DNA of 64,000 nucleotides, taken from positions 377,954 through 441,953 of the forward strand of contig JAGWJP010000001.1 of the NCBI GenBank assembly GCA_028865725.1, written 5' to 3'. Position 1 is the first letter of the stretch. Each line of letters begins with the position of its first letter. Source of the stretch: Patescibacteria group bacterium. Its GTDB lineage: Bacteria > Patescibacteriota > Minisyncoccia > UBA6257 > JACRHW01. Shown here piece by piece: positions 49,657 to 58,585 of this stretch. The position numbers and the translations under genes were made by a program. Below the pieces are notes generated by a model that was given only the letters and a program-made list of their open reading frames with translations, was not told the origin of the DNA and searched no databases.

Positions 49657-49679
49657 GGCCTTATCATGTGTGAGGTAAT

Positions 49680-49875
49680 GAACCTCCCCGGGCTGACGCC
49701 CGGGGTTTCTTTGCGTACCTTCGGGGAGCCAAAGAAACACGGTCGCAAATAACCATTCGGTTATACTGAAGGCTTGCTGGAGGTGCTTTAGACCCTCTGT
49801 CCGCCCTGGGCGGACTCCGGACGGGGATGCATCCCCCACCCTTACGGGCAAGGTATTCATGCTTCCGGTTCTTAT
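49680..49875. ncRNA. GC-rich hairpin-dense element, putative structured ncRNA of unknown identity
   Basis: Series of perfect hairpins: CCCCGGGC-ugac-GCCCGGGG; a UUCG-tetraloop hairpin nested in UUUCUUUG/CAAAGAAA; GUCCGCCC/GGGCGGAC; GGGGAUGCAUCCCC. It lies between the kinase terminator and the tuf promoter; no plausible ORF; strand undetermined. Confidence 0.3.
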
Positions 49876-49904
49876 AAAAATCCGCACGCGAAGCGGTGCG
49901 GATT
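49875..49904 (-). terminator. rho-independent terminator of Ser/Thr kinase gene
   Basis: Minus strand AAUCCGCAC-cgcuucgc-GUGCGGAUU followed by UUUUUA. Confidence 0.6.
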
Positions 49905-49926
49905 ATGGAAACAACGACATAGGAGA

Positions 49927-51351
49927 TTACCAAATTTTTTGGGTAAGAACCTTCAATACTTTTGTACGAAACGGTACGCATGTTTCGGGTGGTTTCTGTA
50001 TTTCTTGAGGAACCGATACCATAAGCGATGCCTTCTCGCCTCGATCAATCCGCTCAATACCGTCCCGCGCCTCGAGAAGAATATCAATATTATTGTCCAC
50101 GCTATTTGGATTAGCGCACAAAAGCGCATTTTGAAATGTCTTGCGCGCGTGTTCTGTTTCTCCAAGCAGCTCTTCTATTAATCCGCGTGCGACGAAGAAA
50201 TAGAGAGGTGGAGTACAACCCTCTTTGATGCCTACATCCTTATACTCTAACAAATAAGTAATAGCCCCTTGGATTCTTTGCTTGAGCGTTTCTACTGTTA
50301 CGCGCGCGTGTTCTGGTACTCCATATACAGCTGCACTCACTGCTGCGGCAACCCAAACATTCGCAGGAGGAGAAAGTGCGACTGTTAATCGCAAAGGAGC
50401 TTGTCCGTGGCGGCCATACTCTAGAGAAATGTTCTGCCAAAAAAATCTAGTGCCAAACACGCGTTTCATGCTTTTGACAAAGCGTTGCCACTCTTCACGC
50501 GTAATTACTTTTTCCGTCTTCTTCAGAGAAGGGTGGTCCTCCCCGCGTGTGCGAATCGCCTCTTTCATTGCGTGGGCACTTTCATACCGCGCGGTTTTTT
50601 CAAGCTTGGTTGCGCGTACGATCACCGGCACGAGCGGAATCTGAAGCTTGTTGAGTTCTACGTGTGCCTCATCAAACGGAATTGGGTTTGCCCCCGTAAG
50701 AAGTATCTCCATGGTACGCCCAAGACAGTAGAGATCGCTCTGCGGTCCCGTAAAACCGCTGACGTGCTCAGGAGATGCAAATTCAATCGTCAAAACGCTC
50801 GTATGCTGAGTTCCCTTGCTCTTTCCTGCGCTGTAACACGCGATGCCGAAATCGATGAGCACAATGGTACCATCCTTCTTGCGCACAAGATTGCTCGGCT
50901 TAATATCCCGGTGGAGTACAATAGGCTTTTCATCGCGTGCAGTATGGAGATATTCAAGAATAGAAAGAACTTGAAGTGCCATATCGGCAACTTCATCGTC
51001 GGACAAGGTGCCTTTTTTCTCTAAAATTTCTTCAAGCGTTTCTCCTTCGATATATTCCATCACAATGCAATAGCGGTCTCGTTCCTCGTCATAAAACGAA
51101 TCGTAATATTTCGGAATACCTGGATGTTCTAATGTGCGAAGCAATTCACACTCGCGCGTCCATGTTCGCACAAGGTCAGCACGCGGGTCTTTGCCCTGCA
51201 CGCCATCAGACAATGTAATAGTTTTCAATACACATAGTCTGTTGTCCGTATTGCGTATCACAAGTATGGTATGCCCCATGCCGCCTTCACCCAGATGATG
51301 GACTTGCGCGTAGTTCGCAAAGCTTCCGTAAGCGTTTTCTTGTGTAGCCAC
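49927..51351 (-). CDS. Hanks-type Ser/Thr protein kinase with about 200-aa C-terminal domain of unknown function
   Basis: LGEGGMG...VLK (Gly-rich loop and Lys); HRDIKPSNL catalytic loop; DFG; SPE-like; no TM segment. Confidence 0.8.
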   Translation of the reverse strand: MATQENAYGSFANYAQVHHLGEGGMGHTILVIRNTDNRLCVLKTITLSDGVQGKDPRADLVRTWTRECELLRTLEHPGIPKYYDSFYDEERDRYCIVMEYIEGETLEEILEKKGTLSDDEVADMALQVLSILEYLHTARDEKPIVLHRDIKPSNLVRKKDGTIVLIDFGIACYSAGKSKGTQHTSVLTIEFASPEHVSGFTGPQSDLYCLGRTMEILLTGANPIPFDEAHVELNKLQIPLVPVIVRATKLEKTARYESAHAMKEAIRTRGEDHPSLKKTEKVITREEWQRFVKSMKRVFGTRFFWQNISLEYGRHGQAPLRLTVALSPPANVWVAAAVSAAVYGVPEHARVTVETLKQRIQGAITYLLEYKDVGIKEGCTPPLYFFVARGLIEELLGETEHARKTFQNALLCANPNSVDNNIDILLEARDGIERIDRGEKASLMVSVPQEIQKPPETCVPFRTKVLKVLTQKIW

Positions 51352-51500
51352 GCCTATCTCTCCTTTTCATTGTGGAATGAACTGCGATAAGTATAACACA
51401 AGATAAGTAGGAAGTCAAAATTGTTCTTTTATGAGAATCTTGTGGTACAGATAAAAACATGGTACGTTTGATGGGAACTACTGGGCACTGGAGGCAACGA

Positions 51501-51830
51501 ATGCACAGTAAGAGCGAATTGGGTGCAGGAGTAATATTGCTCAGCATGCTTGCCTTGCCGCACAGTCACCCCGACTATGACATCGCCCTGCTGCGGAGGA
51601 GATTCTATGAATGGGAACGTACGATGATCACCCTTGGTTGCATTAAGTACTGGCGCGGGGAGGTCTCCGAGCCTATTGCTCCGCATGCGTGGACAAAACT
51701 GCTTCTTGAGGTATTTTGGAATGAAACCGTGCGGGAACTCCCCGTGCTTGATCGCGCGCATCTCCCCACCGCTGAACTTGCATGCATCAAAGACGCGCTT
51801 TTTGATTCTATATTAAGACGAGACAGTTAG
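51501..51830 (+). CDS. hypothetical protein
   Basis: ORF with a GGAGG 7 nt upstream of an internal ATG (MHSKSELG...); followed by a bidirectional terminator; overlapping antisense ORFs judged less likely. Confidence 0.3.
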   Translation: MHSKSELGAGVILLSMLALPHSHPDYDIALLRRRFYEWERTMITLGCIKYWRGEVSEPIAPHAWTKLLLEVFWNETVRELPVLDRAHLPTAELACIKDALFDSILRRDS

Positions 51831-51848
51831 CTCTTACGAAGCCTCAAG

Positions 51849-51882
51849 TAAAAAAAGCCGCCCCATACAGGGCGGTGTTTTT
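51849..51882. terminator. bidirectional rho-independent terminator
   Basis: AAAAAAA-GCCGCCC-cauaca-GGGCGGU-GUUUUU. Confidence 0.6.
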
Positions 51883-51893
51883 AATGTATCCTC

Positions 51894-52073
51894 TTACTCT
51901 GTCCAAACGAGTTCTTCGCTGTCGTCCGTGCGTCTCCCCCACCGTGTACGCCCCTTATCAGAATGTTCGCAATCGATCAATCCCTTTTCTAAAAGTTCCT
52001 GAAACTCTGTGGGTTTGACATATTCTCCGCTTTTTCCCATTTTCAGTTCATCCAGCATCATTTCACGGTTCAC
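51894..52073 (-). CDS. small hypothetical protein (about 59 aa), GTG start with strong RBS
   Basis: AAAGGAGGG 7 nt upstream of GTG; hand translation ...NREMMLDELKMGKSGEYVKPTEFQELLEKGLIDCEHSDKGRTRWGRRTDDSEELVWTE; ends just before the terminator; missed by the ATG-only ORF track. Confidence 0.3.
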   Translation of the reverse strand: MNREMMLDELKMGKSGEYVKPTEFQELLEKGLIDCEHSDKGRTRWGRRTDDSEELVWTE

Positions 52074-52263
52074 TCTTTTTCCCTCCTTTGGTTTGTATGT
52101 GCCTACGGTAGCTCGACAATTTTTTCGATACGCCCTTCTGCCTCAAGAATAGCAACCTTTTTCCCGTTTTGATATGTCACTTCAGCAGGAAATCCATATT
52201 GGATTGATGCACACAGGATGAACGCGCACCACAAAAATAGCACATCACGTGCTATTTTGTCAA

Positions 52264-52533
52264 TTATCGGTAGGGGAGGTCATCGAGAGAAAGCTTATCG
52301 GAGGGAGCAGGCTGCGGAGACAGCGCGCGTTGCTCAGGAAGACTGCGAAGAACATCGATCGCATGCAGCATTTTTTCATACTCCCGCCAGCTTAATACAA
52401 TGAATTCCGGATCGCCCGCCCCATCAAGCACAACCGCTTTTCCGCTGCCATACTCCAAAATCTTTTTAATCTTCGCGAAAGTATCCACAAATTTAATATA
52501 CGTAATAATACGAATCAACACGAATGCGCGCAA
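52264..52533 (-). CDS. Phd/YefM-like antitoxin-family protein (orphan)
   Basis: FAKIKKILEYGSGKAVVLDGAGDPEFIVLSWREYEKMLHAIDVLRS resembles the Phd/YefM N-terminal fold; hexamer repeats (ACGAAT-like) lie upstream of and within its 5' end. Confidence 0.4.
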   Translation of the reverse strand: MRAFVLIRIITYIKFVDTFAKIKKILEYGSGKAVVLDGAGDPEFIVLSWREYEKMLHAIDVLRSLPEQRALSPQPAPSDKLSLDDLPYR

Positions 52534-52604
52534 GAAAAGTGAGAAGATTGCAAAATTCGTTTCTCGTATTCGTAGTCAGTCGTATCATTCGTATAGTGGT
52601 ATCT

Positions 52605-54731
52605 TTATAATTTTTTTCCAGAAATAATCTGTTCCGCTACGCTTTTAGGCGCTTCCTCGTAACTCCCAAACTCCATGGTAAACGTACCCCTTCCCTCGGT
52701 CATAGAACGAAGTTTCGTGGCATAACCAAACATTTCAGAGAGCGGAACCTTGGCATCAATGACCTTAATGTTCATCCTATCTTCAATAGATTCAATTCTT
52801 CCTCGTTTTGCATTGAGATCTCCCGTAACATCTCCAAGAAATTTAACAGGTACCGTAACTTGAATTTTCATAATAGGCTCAAGGATCACAACCCCCGCAC
52901 GTTTTGCGGCCTCTTGGAATGCCATAGAACCTGCGATTTTGAATGCTGCTTCTGAAGAATCAACTTCGTGGAATGAACCGTCATAGAGGGTTACTGCCAC
53001 ATCCACGACTGGATACCCCGCCACGACGCCTTTTGCAATAGATTCTTTGATACCTTTTTCCGCCGCGGGAATGAACTCCTGGGGAATAGCGCCTCCTTTG
53101 ATGGCGTTCACAAACTCAAAACCCTTCCCCCGCTCAAGCGGTGCAATGCGAATACGCACATGACCATACTGACCCTTTCCTCCCGACTGGCGAATATATT
53201 TTCCTTCTGCTTCTGCCTCTCCTCTGATCGCTTCTTTGTAGGCAACTTGAGGACGTCCCACATTTGCTTCCACTTTAAACTCGCGAAACATACGATCCAC
53301 GATAATCTCAAGATGGAGCTCACCCATTCCATAAATCAGAGTTTCGTTAGTATCAGGATCGCTCTTAATACGAAAGGTGGGGTCTTCTTGAGCAAGACGA
53401 CGCAATGCGATTCCCATTTTTTCCTGATCAGCTTTTGTTTTAGGTTCGATACGCACGGAGATAACAGGTTCGGGGAATATAATTTTTTCTAATACAATGG
53501 GCGCATCAGGATCACACAATGTATCTCCGGTAATCGTTTCTTTAAGCCCCACAACTGCCCCAAGGTCACCTGCATACATCTCCTCAATTTCTTCACGATG
53601 GTTGGCGTGCATGCGCACCAAGCGCCCCACGCGTTCTGTTTCTCCCTTTGTTGAGTTCAGTACGTAGGTACCGCGTTTCAACACTCCGGAGTAGACACGC
53701 ACGAAAATAAGACTTCCAATGAAAGGATCTGTTGCAATTTTGAATGCAAGTGCTGAAAGAGGCTCCTCATCGCTTGGATGACGCTCGCTTTCACCGCCAG
53801 TCTTTGGGTCCTCCCCCTTAATGGCCGGGATATCCGATGGCGCAGGAAGATAATCAATGACTGCATCGAGTACAAGCTGGACTCCTTTATTTTTGAGAGC
53901 AGAACCGCACAATACCGGAACAATAGTACCTGCAATAGTTGCTTTCCTCAATGCGCTACGCAACTCATTTTCACTAATTTCTTTTCCTTCTAAATACTTG
54001 GTGAGCAGGGCATCATCTTGTTCTACAATTTTTTCGATAAGATTATGACGATGTGTTTCTGCTTCTGCAGAAAGTGATGCAGGAATTTCTGAAATGGTAA
54101 TGCGTTCTCCATGCTCCCCTTCAAATCCTACTGCTTTCATGCGAATAAGATCTACCACGCCGCTAAAATCCGCTTCCAAGCCAATCGGCAACGAAATAGG
54201 TACCGCGTGTGGCGTAAGGCGCTCATGAATAGACTGAAGAGAATGCTCAAAGCTTGCCCCCATACGATCAAGTTTGTTGATAAAGCAAATACGCGGCACA
54301 TGATACTTGTCTGCTTGGCGCCATACGGTTTCCGATTGAGGCTCTACTCCCGCCACCCCATCGAACACCACAACACCACCATCCAATACGCGCAACGATC
54401 GTTCTACCTCTACAGTAAAATCAACGTGACCCGGCGTATCGATAATATTAATGCGATGTTCATGTTCTTTTTTTATCTTTTCAAGATCCGCGGCGCCCTC
54501 CTTAAGATATGAGGGTGTCCAAAAACACGTCGTCGCTGCAGCGGTAATCGTAATACCGCGCTCCTGCTCCTGTTCCATCCAGTCCATCACGGCGGCCCCT
54601 TCGTGTACCTCACCAATTTTGTGTGAAATACCCGTATAGAACAAAACACGCTCGGAAACAGTTGTTTTTCCTGCGTCGATATGTGCAATAATGCCGATAT
54701 TTCTATATTTCTCTAAAGGATATTGTCTCAT
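52605..54731 (-). CDS. fusA: elongation factor G
   Basis: [22 protein letters not shown]; 708 aa five-domain EF-G. Confidence 0.95.
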   Translation of the reverse strand: MRQYPLEKYRNIGIIAHIDAGKTTVSERVLFYTGISHKIGEVHEGAAVMDWMEQEQERGITITAAATTCFWTPSYLKEGAADLEKIKKEHEHRINIIDTPGHVDFTVEVERSLRVLDGGVVVFDGVAGVEPQSETVWRQADKYHVPRICFINKLDRMGASFEHSLQSIHERLTPHAVPISLPIGLEADFSGVVDLIRMKAVGFEGEHGERITISEIPASLSAEAETHRHNLIEKIVEQDDALLTKYLEGKEISENELRSALRKATIAGTIVPVLCGSALKNKGVQLVLDAVIDYLPAPSDIPAIKGEDPKTGGESERHPSDEEPLSALAFKIATDPFIGSLIFVRVYSGVLKRGTYVLNSTKGETERVGRLVRMHANHREEIEEMYAGDLGAVVGLKETITGDTLCDPDAPIVLEKIIFPEPVISVRIEPKTKADQEKMGIALRRLAQEDPTFRIKSDPDTNETLIYGMGELHLEIIVDRMFREFKVEANVGRPQVAYKEAIRGEAEAEGKYIRQSGGKGQYGHVRIRIAPLERGKGFEFVNAIKGGAIPQEFIPAAEKGIKESIAKGVVAGYPVVDVAVTLYDGSFHEVDSSEAAFKIAGSMAFQEAAKRAGVVILEPIMKIQVTVPVKFLGDVTGDLNAKRGRIESIEDRMNIKVIDAKVPLSEMFGYATKLRSMTEGRGTFTMEFGSYEEAPKSVAEQIISGKKL

Positions 54732-54806
54732 AAAAGAAAACAGAACTTAGTAAACAGAAAATAGATTCTCGCTATATTCTGCTTTCTAGTTTCTCCTTAC
54801 TAAGTC

Positions 54807-55274
54807 TTACCATTTAAAGTGCGCGAATGCCTTATTAGCCTCTGCCATACGATGCATATCGCTGCGCTTTTTCATTGCCGCACCTTCTTTTTGTGTCGCT
54901 AAAATAAGTTCTTCGGCCAAGCGTTCCTTCATTGGTTTTCCGCTTTTTGATTGTGCGGCTCCAATAAGCCAGCGCAATGCGAGTGCAAATCTGCGCGTGG
55001 GACGCACTTCGCGGGGTACTTGATAGTTTGCTCCACCTACACGGCGCGATGCCACCTCAACAGTAGGAGAAACATTTTCAATCGCGGTTTTTAATGCTTC
55101 CGCGGGGTTTAGTTTGGTGCGCTCTTCTACCAAAAGGAGAGCATCATACATAATCTTTTCTGCTGCCGCTTTTCTCCCATCGGACATGAGTTTATTCACG
55201 AATCGAGTTACCTCTACGCTGTCATAGACCGCATCCGGCTCAAACTCTCTGGTATATTTTCTTTTTCTTCTCAT
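54807..55274 (-). CDS. rpsG: 30S ribosomal protein S7
   Basis: MRRKRKYTREFEPDAVYDSVEVTRFVNKLMSDGRK... Confidence 0.9.
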   Translation of the reverse strand: MRRKRKYTREFEPDAVYDSVEVTRFVNKLMSDGRKAAAEKIMYDALLLVEERTKLNPAEALKTAIENVSPTVEVASRRVGGANYQVPREVRPTRRFALALRWLIGAAQSKSGKPMKERLAEELILATQKEGAAMKKRSDMHRMAEANKAFAHFKW

Positions 55275-55355
55275 TTTTTTTAGAGGGTAGAGATTAGTAC
55301 ATAGAAAACAAGATATTTTTTGTTTCTGTTTTATATGTTCTAAATTCCGTTTAAA

Positions 55356-55775
55356 TTATTTTTCTTTTTTAGGTGCCTTAGCACCATATTTCGATCGTTG
55401 TTGTTTTCTGTTTTGCACCCCGCTCGTATCAAGCTTGCCACGTATAATATGATAGCGCACTCCGGGCAAATCTTTTACCTTTCCTCCACGGATCAATACC
55501 ACCGAATGTTCCTGTAAATTATGTCCTTCTCCGGGAATATAGGCAGTTACCTCCATCCCGTTTGTTAAACGTACACGGGCAATTTTACGCATTGCGGAGT
55601 TTGGTTTTTTTGGAGTTGTCGTTGTCACCTTAATGCACACGCCTCGCTTGAATGGAGATGAGGCCATGACTGGTTTATTTTTGAGAGAATTAAAACGAGA
55701 ATCAAGCGCAGGCGCTTTTACTTTTTTGGCGATACGTTTTCGTCCTCGTTTAACGAGTTGATTGATTGTAGGCAT
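55356..55775 (-). CDS. rpsL: 30S ribosomal protein S12
   Basis: [13 protein letters not shown]...KKPNSAMRK... Confidence 0.9.
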   Translation of the reverse strand: MPTINQLVKRGRKRIAKKVKAPALDSRFNSLKNKPVMASSPFKRGVCIKVTTTTPKKPNSAMRKIARVRLTNGMEVTAYIPGEGHNLQEHSVVLIRGGKVKDLPGVRYHIIRGKLDTSGVQNRKQQRSKYGAKAPKKEK

Positions 55776-55951
55776 TGGTTTAGAGTTTAGAGTTTAGAGA
55801 CCGCAAACATGCATATTTCTCTACTCATAAAATTCAATAGTAAAGTCGTTATCGGTACTATAATGTAACAAAGTTATTTTAAAACGTCAACATAAGGATA
55901 GATTTCTGTCCGGAAACTCCCTCTCCCGCTTTCTTATGCTACCTGAACACA

Positions 55952-55997
55952 TTAAAAAATAGAAATCGTCTAGAATTTTCCAGACGATTATTTTTTA
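55952..55997. terminator. bidirectional rho-independent terminator
   Basis: AAUCGUCU-agaauuuucc-AGACGAUU flanked by A and T runs; overlaps the stop codon of the 55988..56413 gene. Confidence 0.5.
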
Positions 55998-56413
55998 TTT
56001 AGTTTCCTCTCGTGATTCTTTGGTGCCACAGGGTTGCCCTCGCGATCGAACTCACAAATAAGTTTAAGTTTGAATGAAAGTGTGGGCGCCTCACCCCCAT
56101 GAAGAGAACCACACAGGATCCCTTCGTAATCAATTACTCGGTACAGCCGGACAAGGCAAGGAGCCGGATTCATGGCGCATTTGTTTTGCGCCTGCGCAAT
56201 ACGCTTCAAATCATTCAAAATGTCTCGTAGGATGCTTTTATCTGTGTGAGGATCCACGAGACACTCTAACTCTCGTTCATACCGCTGCCCTTCGCGTCCC
56301 TCAACGGTTGTGGTTGCGATCTCTGTATTGCAATGATCCCACGTCCATTGAGATTCTAATACATAAATCGCATAGGATGGCACCATAACAACGTCTCCCT
56401 CGACACCGTCCAA
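55988..56413 (-). CDS. hypothetical protein
   Basis: 141 aa ORF with its own terminator; no recognisable domain. Confidence 0.4.
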   Translation of the reverse strand: MDGVEGDVVMVPSYAIYVLESQWTWDHCNTEIATTTVEGREGQRYERELECLVDPHTDKSILRDILNDLKRIAQAQNKCAMNPAPCLVRLYRVIDYEGILCGSLHGGEAPTLSFKLKLICEFDREGNPVAPKNHERKLNKK

Positions 56414-56613
56414 CCCATGCGATATTAACAGTTACCGACTACCACGTCAAACCTTCGTGTAAAGTCTCAATGCGTCACAATAAAGCGGCTTACTCGAATG
56501 CCATTTTAGGTGCTCGTTTTATACAAGCTATCATATATCAAATACTAGATACGCATTTCGCGTGGTTGTATTTTCTGTTCACTCAGTTACACTTAGTACA
56601 TAATGATAACCTT

Positions 56614-57471
56614 ATGGCCAGAGAATCTATTAATTTTCACAACAATAGAGAAGAACCTTCCACGTCATACTTATACGCCCCCTTTCTTCCTCGCGAAAAA
56701 CAGGGCGTATTTAACGAGCTTTCACAAAATCTTGGGATGATTGTAGACCATCTCCATACCCTGCCCGGATCGTGCTATCATATGGTCGAAACAGAAGAGG
56801 GGGCGATAAAAGGTTCTGATCCGCTTATTGTGATACCTGAAGACGTTGAAGGCCAAATAAGACGTTTGCGTACTGAAGGCGAAATAGTATTGCGCGGCGA
56901 ATCCTCACTACGCATTGAACACATCCCAAGTGCGCCCGCCTTCGAATCCCTGCTACGCGAATGGGTCCGCGTAATAACCGAGCACCTCGAAAGCCATAAT
57001 GATTTTGAACTTGTCTTTGGTGAAAAACTCACAAACGCCATGTGGCACGGCAATGAATATCGCAATGATAAATACATAACGATTGAACTAATGCTTGATC
57101 ATGCGAAAAAAACCATTACGGCAAAAATCATGGATGAAGGCGATACGCTTATCAAGGATATCATTCGCATCCAGACGCACGAAGATGCTACCCAAGCAGA
57201 ACAGCTTCTTTCTCATGAACGAGGCGATGAAATCACACGCGGCTTAGCAGAAGAATACAATCTCGCCCCGCATGAGGTAGAAGAGTACGCGGGAATATGG
57301 CGACATGTCTCAACGGGAGCCACCCACCAGATACCAGTATCTACTCCCGATGCAAGAGATAAAGTGGTCCATGCCGATGCAGAAACCGCAATATCTCGTA
57401 ATCCGGATTATAAAAAAATAGGGACAGTGGTAATACTTCACTGGCCTTATGAAAAACCCGCTGCTGCATAG
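56614..57471 (+). CDS. GHKL-type ATPase / anti-sigma-factor-like serine kinase (RsbW/SpoIIAB-like) with extra N- and C-terminal regions
   Basis: ELVFGEKLTNAMWHGNEYRNDKYITIELMLDHAKKTITAKIMDEGD fits the HATPase_c N-box (E..NA..HG) and G1 (D.G) pattern; start chosen at MARESINF with CATAAT about 11 nt upstream. Confidence 0.45.
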   Translation: MARESINFHNNREEPSTSYLYAPFLPREKQGVFNELSQNLGMIVDHLHTLPGSCYHMVETEEGAIKGSDPLIVIPEDVEGQIRRLRTEGEIVLRGESSLRIEHIPSAPAFESLLREWVRVITEHLESHNDFELVFGEKLTNAMWHGNEYRNDKYITIELMLDHAKKTITAKIMDEGDTLIKDIIRIQTHEDATQAEQLLSHERGDEITRGLAEEYNLAPHEVEEYAGIWRHVSTGATHQIPVSTPDARDKVVHADAETAISRNPDYKKIGTVVILHWPYEKPAAA

Positions 57472-58089
57472 TTATCTCCATACCGCAAGAAGTGATACGA
57501 GTGCGTTAATCGCAGGCACGATAAGACCGAACCCAAAAAAAATAAACAAAAAAAGAATCAACAACCCATTGCGTTCTAAAAAAACTTGAACATTCCGCAT
57601 GTGCGGAGGCAGGAGTGCAAACAAAACTTTTGAGCCATCGAGAGGCGGAATAGGAACAAGATTGAATAGAGCAAGCGATACGTTAATGAGAATAACGGTA
57701 TTGATAAGGAGCAATGAAACTGGCGTTACCAGCTTGAGCCACAATAATCCATGAAGCAATAACGAAAAAAGTCCCGCAAACACCAAGTTTGATGCAGGTC
57801 CTGCAAGCGCAATCAAACCTCCGCCTTTTTGTGGATCTCGAAGATTATAAGGATTATAAGGCACCGGTTTTGCCCATCCGATAATCGGCGCACCAGATAT
57901 AAAAAGAACGAGCGGCAGCAATACCGAACCGATCGGATCAAGGTGGGACAATGGATTTAGAGTAAGCCGTCCGGCGCGGCGTGCTGTCTCGTCCCCAAGC
58001 ATTTCAGCCACATAACCATGAGAAATCTCATGAATAATGACGGAAAAGATCAAAATAGCAATTTCAGCAATGGCTATTGAAAAATTCAT
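57472..58089 (-). CDS. site-2 protease family (peptidase M50) membrane metalloprotease
   Basis: HEISHGYVAEMLGD (HExxH) in TM1, multiple TM helices, LDG motif (PPLDGSKV). Confidence 0.7.
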   Translation of the reverse strand: MNFSIAIAEIAILIFSVIIHEISHGYVAEMLGDETARRAGRLTLNPLSHLDPIGSVLLPLVLFISGAPIIGWAKPVPYNPYNLRDPQKGGGLIALAGPASNLVFAGLFSLLLHGLLWLKLVTPVSLLLINTVILINVSLALFNLVPIPPLDGSKVLFALLPPHMRNVQVFLERNGLLILFLFIFFGFGLIVPAINALVSLLAVWR

Positions 58090-58133
58090 ACCGTTGTGTT
58101 AATAATAACTATTCGCATTAACTTGAACCAACT

Positions 58134-58325
58134 ATGAAACAATGTTACTTCTGTGAAAAGAAATCTATCAATGGAGGCACGCGCATCCTTCTTCGTGGTA
58201 ATTATAACCCAACCAACCGTACGCGCAAACAGCCTAATCTCCAATGGCTCAAAAACCCAACGGGAAATGGGCGCGTGAAAGCCTGCGTAAAATGCATCAA
58301 AACGATTACCAAGAAGGGAAAATAA
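58134..58325 (+). CDS. rpmB: 50S ribosomal protein L28 (zinc-ribbon type)
   Basis: CYFCEKK...PNLQW...GRVKACVKCIKT. Confidence 0.8.
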   Translation: MKQCYFCEKKSINGGTRILLRGNYNPTNRTRKQPNLQWLKNPTGNGRVKACVKCIKTITKKGK

Positions 58326-58335
58326 TTTTCAGGTC

Positions 58336-58362
58336 AAAAATCATCCTTACGGATGATTTTTT
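58336..58362 (+). terminator. rho-independent terminator after rpmB
   Basis: AAAUCAUCC-uuac-GGAUGAUUU-UUUU. Confidence 0.55.
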
Positions 58363-58585
58363 CTCTTACCAGGAAACCCCAATGACTCAACAAATTCATG
58401 AACCCGCTTTGTACCTATTCCTTCATTTCTATTCGGAATAGGTTCTAGAATCTGAGCACGAAAGTTCTCCCGTGCAAGAGGGGTCTCTACAGTACGGCGC
58501 GAGTTTGGTTCATTATTATTAATCGCAACAAAAGTGTGGTGCTTTTATATATATTTTTTTACTGACCCCTCATCAACCTTTTCAG

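Noticed and set aside
49680-49875. Calling the element tmRNA (ssrA)
   Set aside because: Short similarities to E. coli tmRNA segments were noticed. However, no tRNA-like acceptor/T-arm pairing, no GGAUUCGAC-like D-analog and no tag reading frame ending in a stop after a plausible resume codon could be found. Identity is left open.
49618-49981. Two overlapping minus-strand ORFs (89 and 105 aa) across the GC-rich hairpin element
   Set aside because: They span a terminator and a run of perfect hairpins. Arg/Pro/Gly-rich translations are typical of GC-rich non-coding DNA.
51287-51761. Minus-strand ORFs of 86 and 110 aa overlapping the + strand 51501..51830 ORF
   Set aside because: Mutually overlapping and lacking RBS; the + strand ORF has a GGAGG and ends at a terminator. 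All calls here are low confidence.
52074-52263. ATG-less frame downstream of the Phd-like gene encoding ...VLFLWCAFILCASIQYGFPAEVTYQNGKKVAILEAEGRIEKIVELP
   Set aside because: Only GTG/ATT starts and no RBS, so it cannot be supported as a gene. Mentioned because a short toxin partner was sought.
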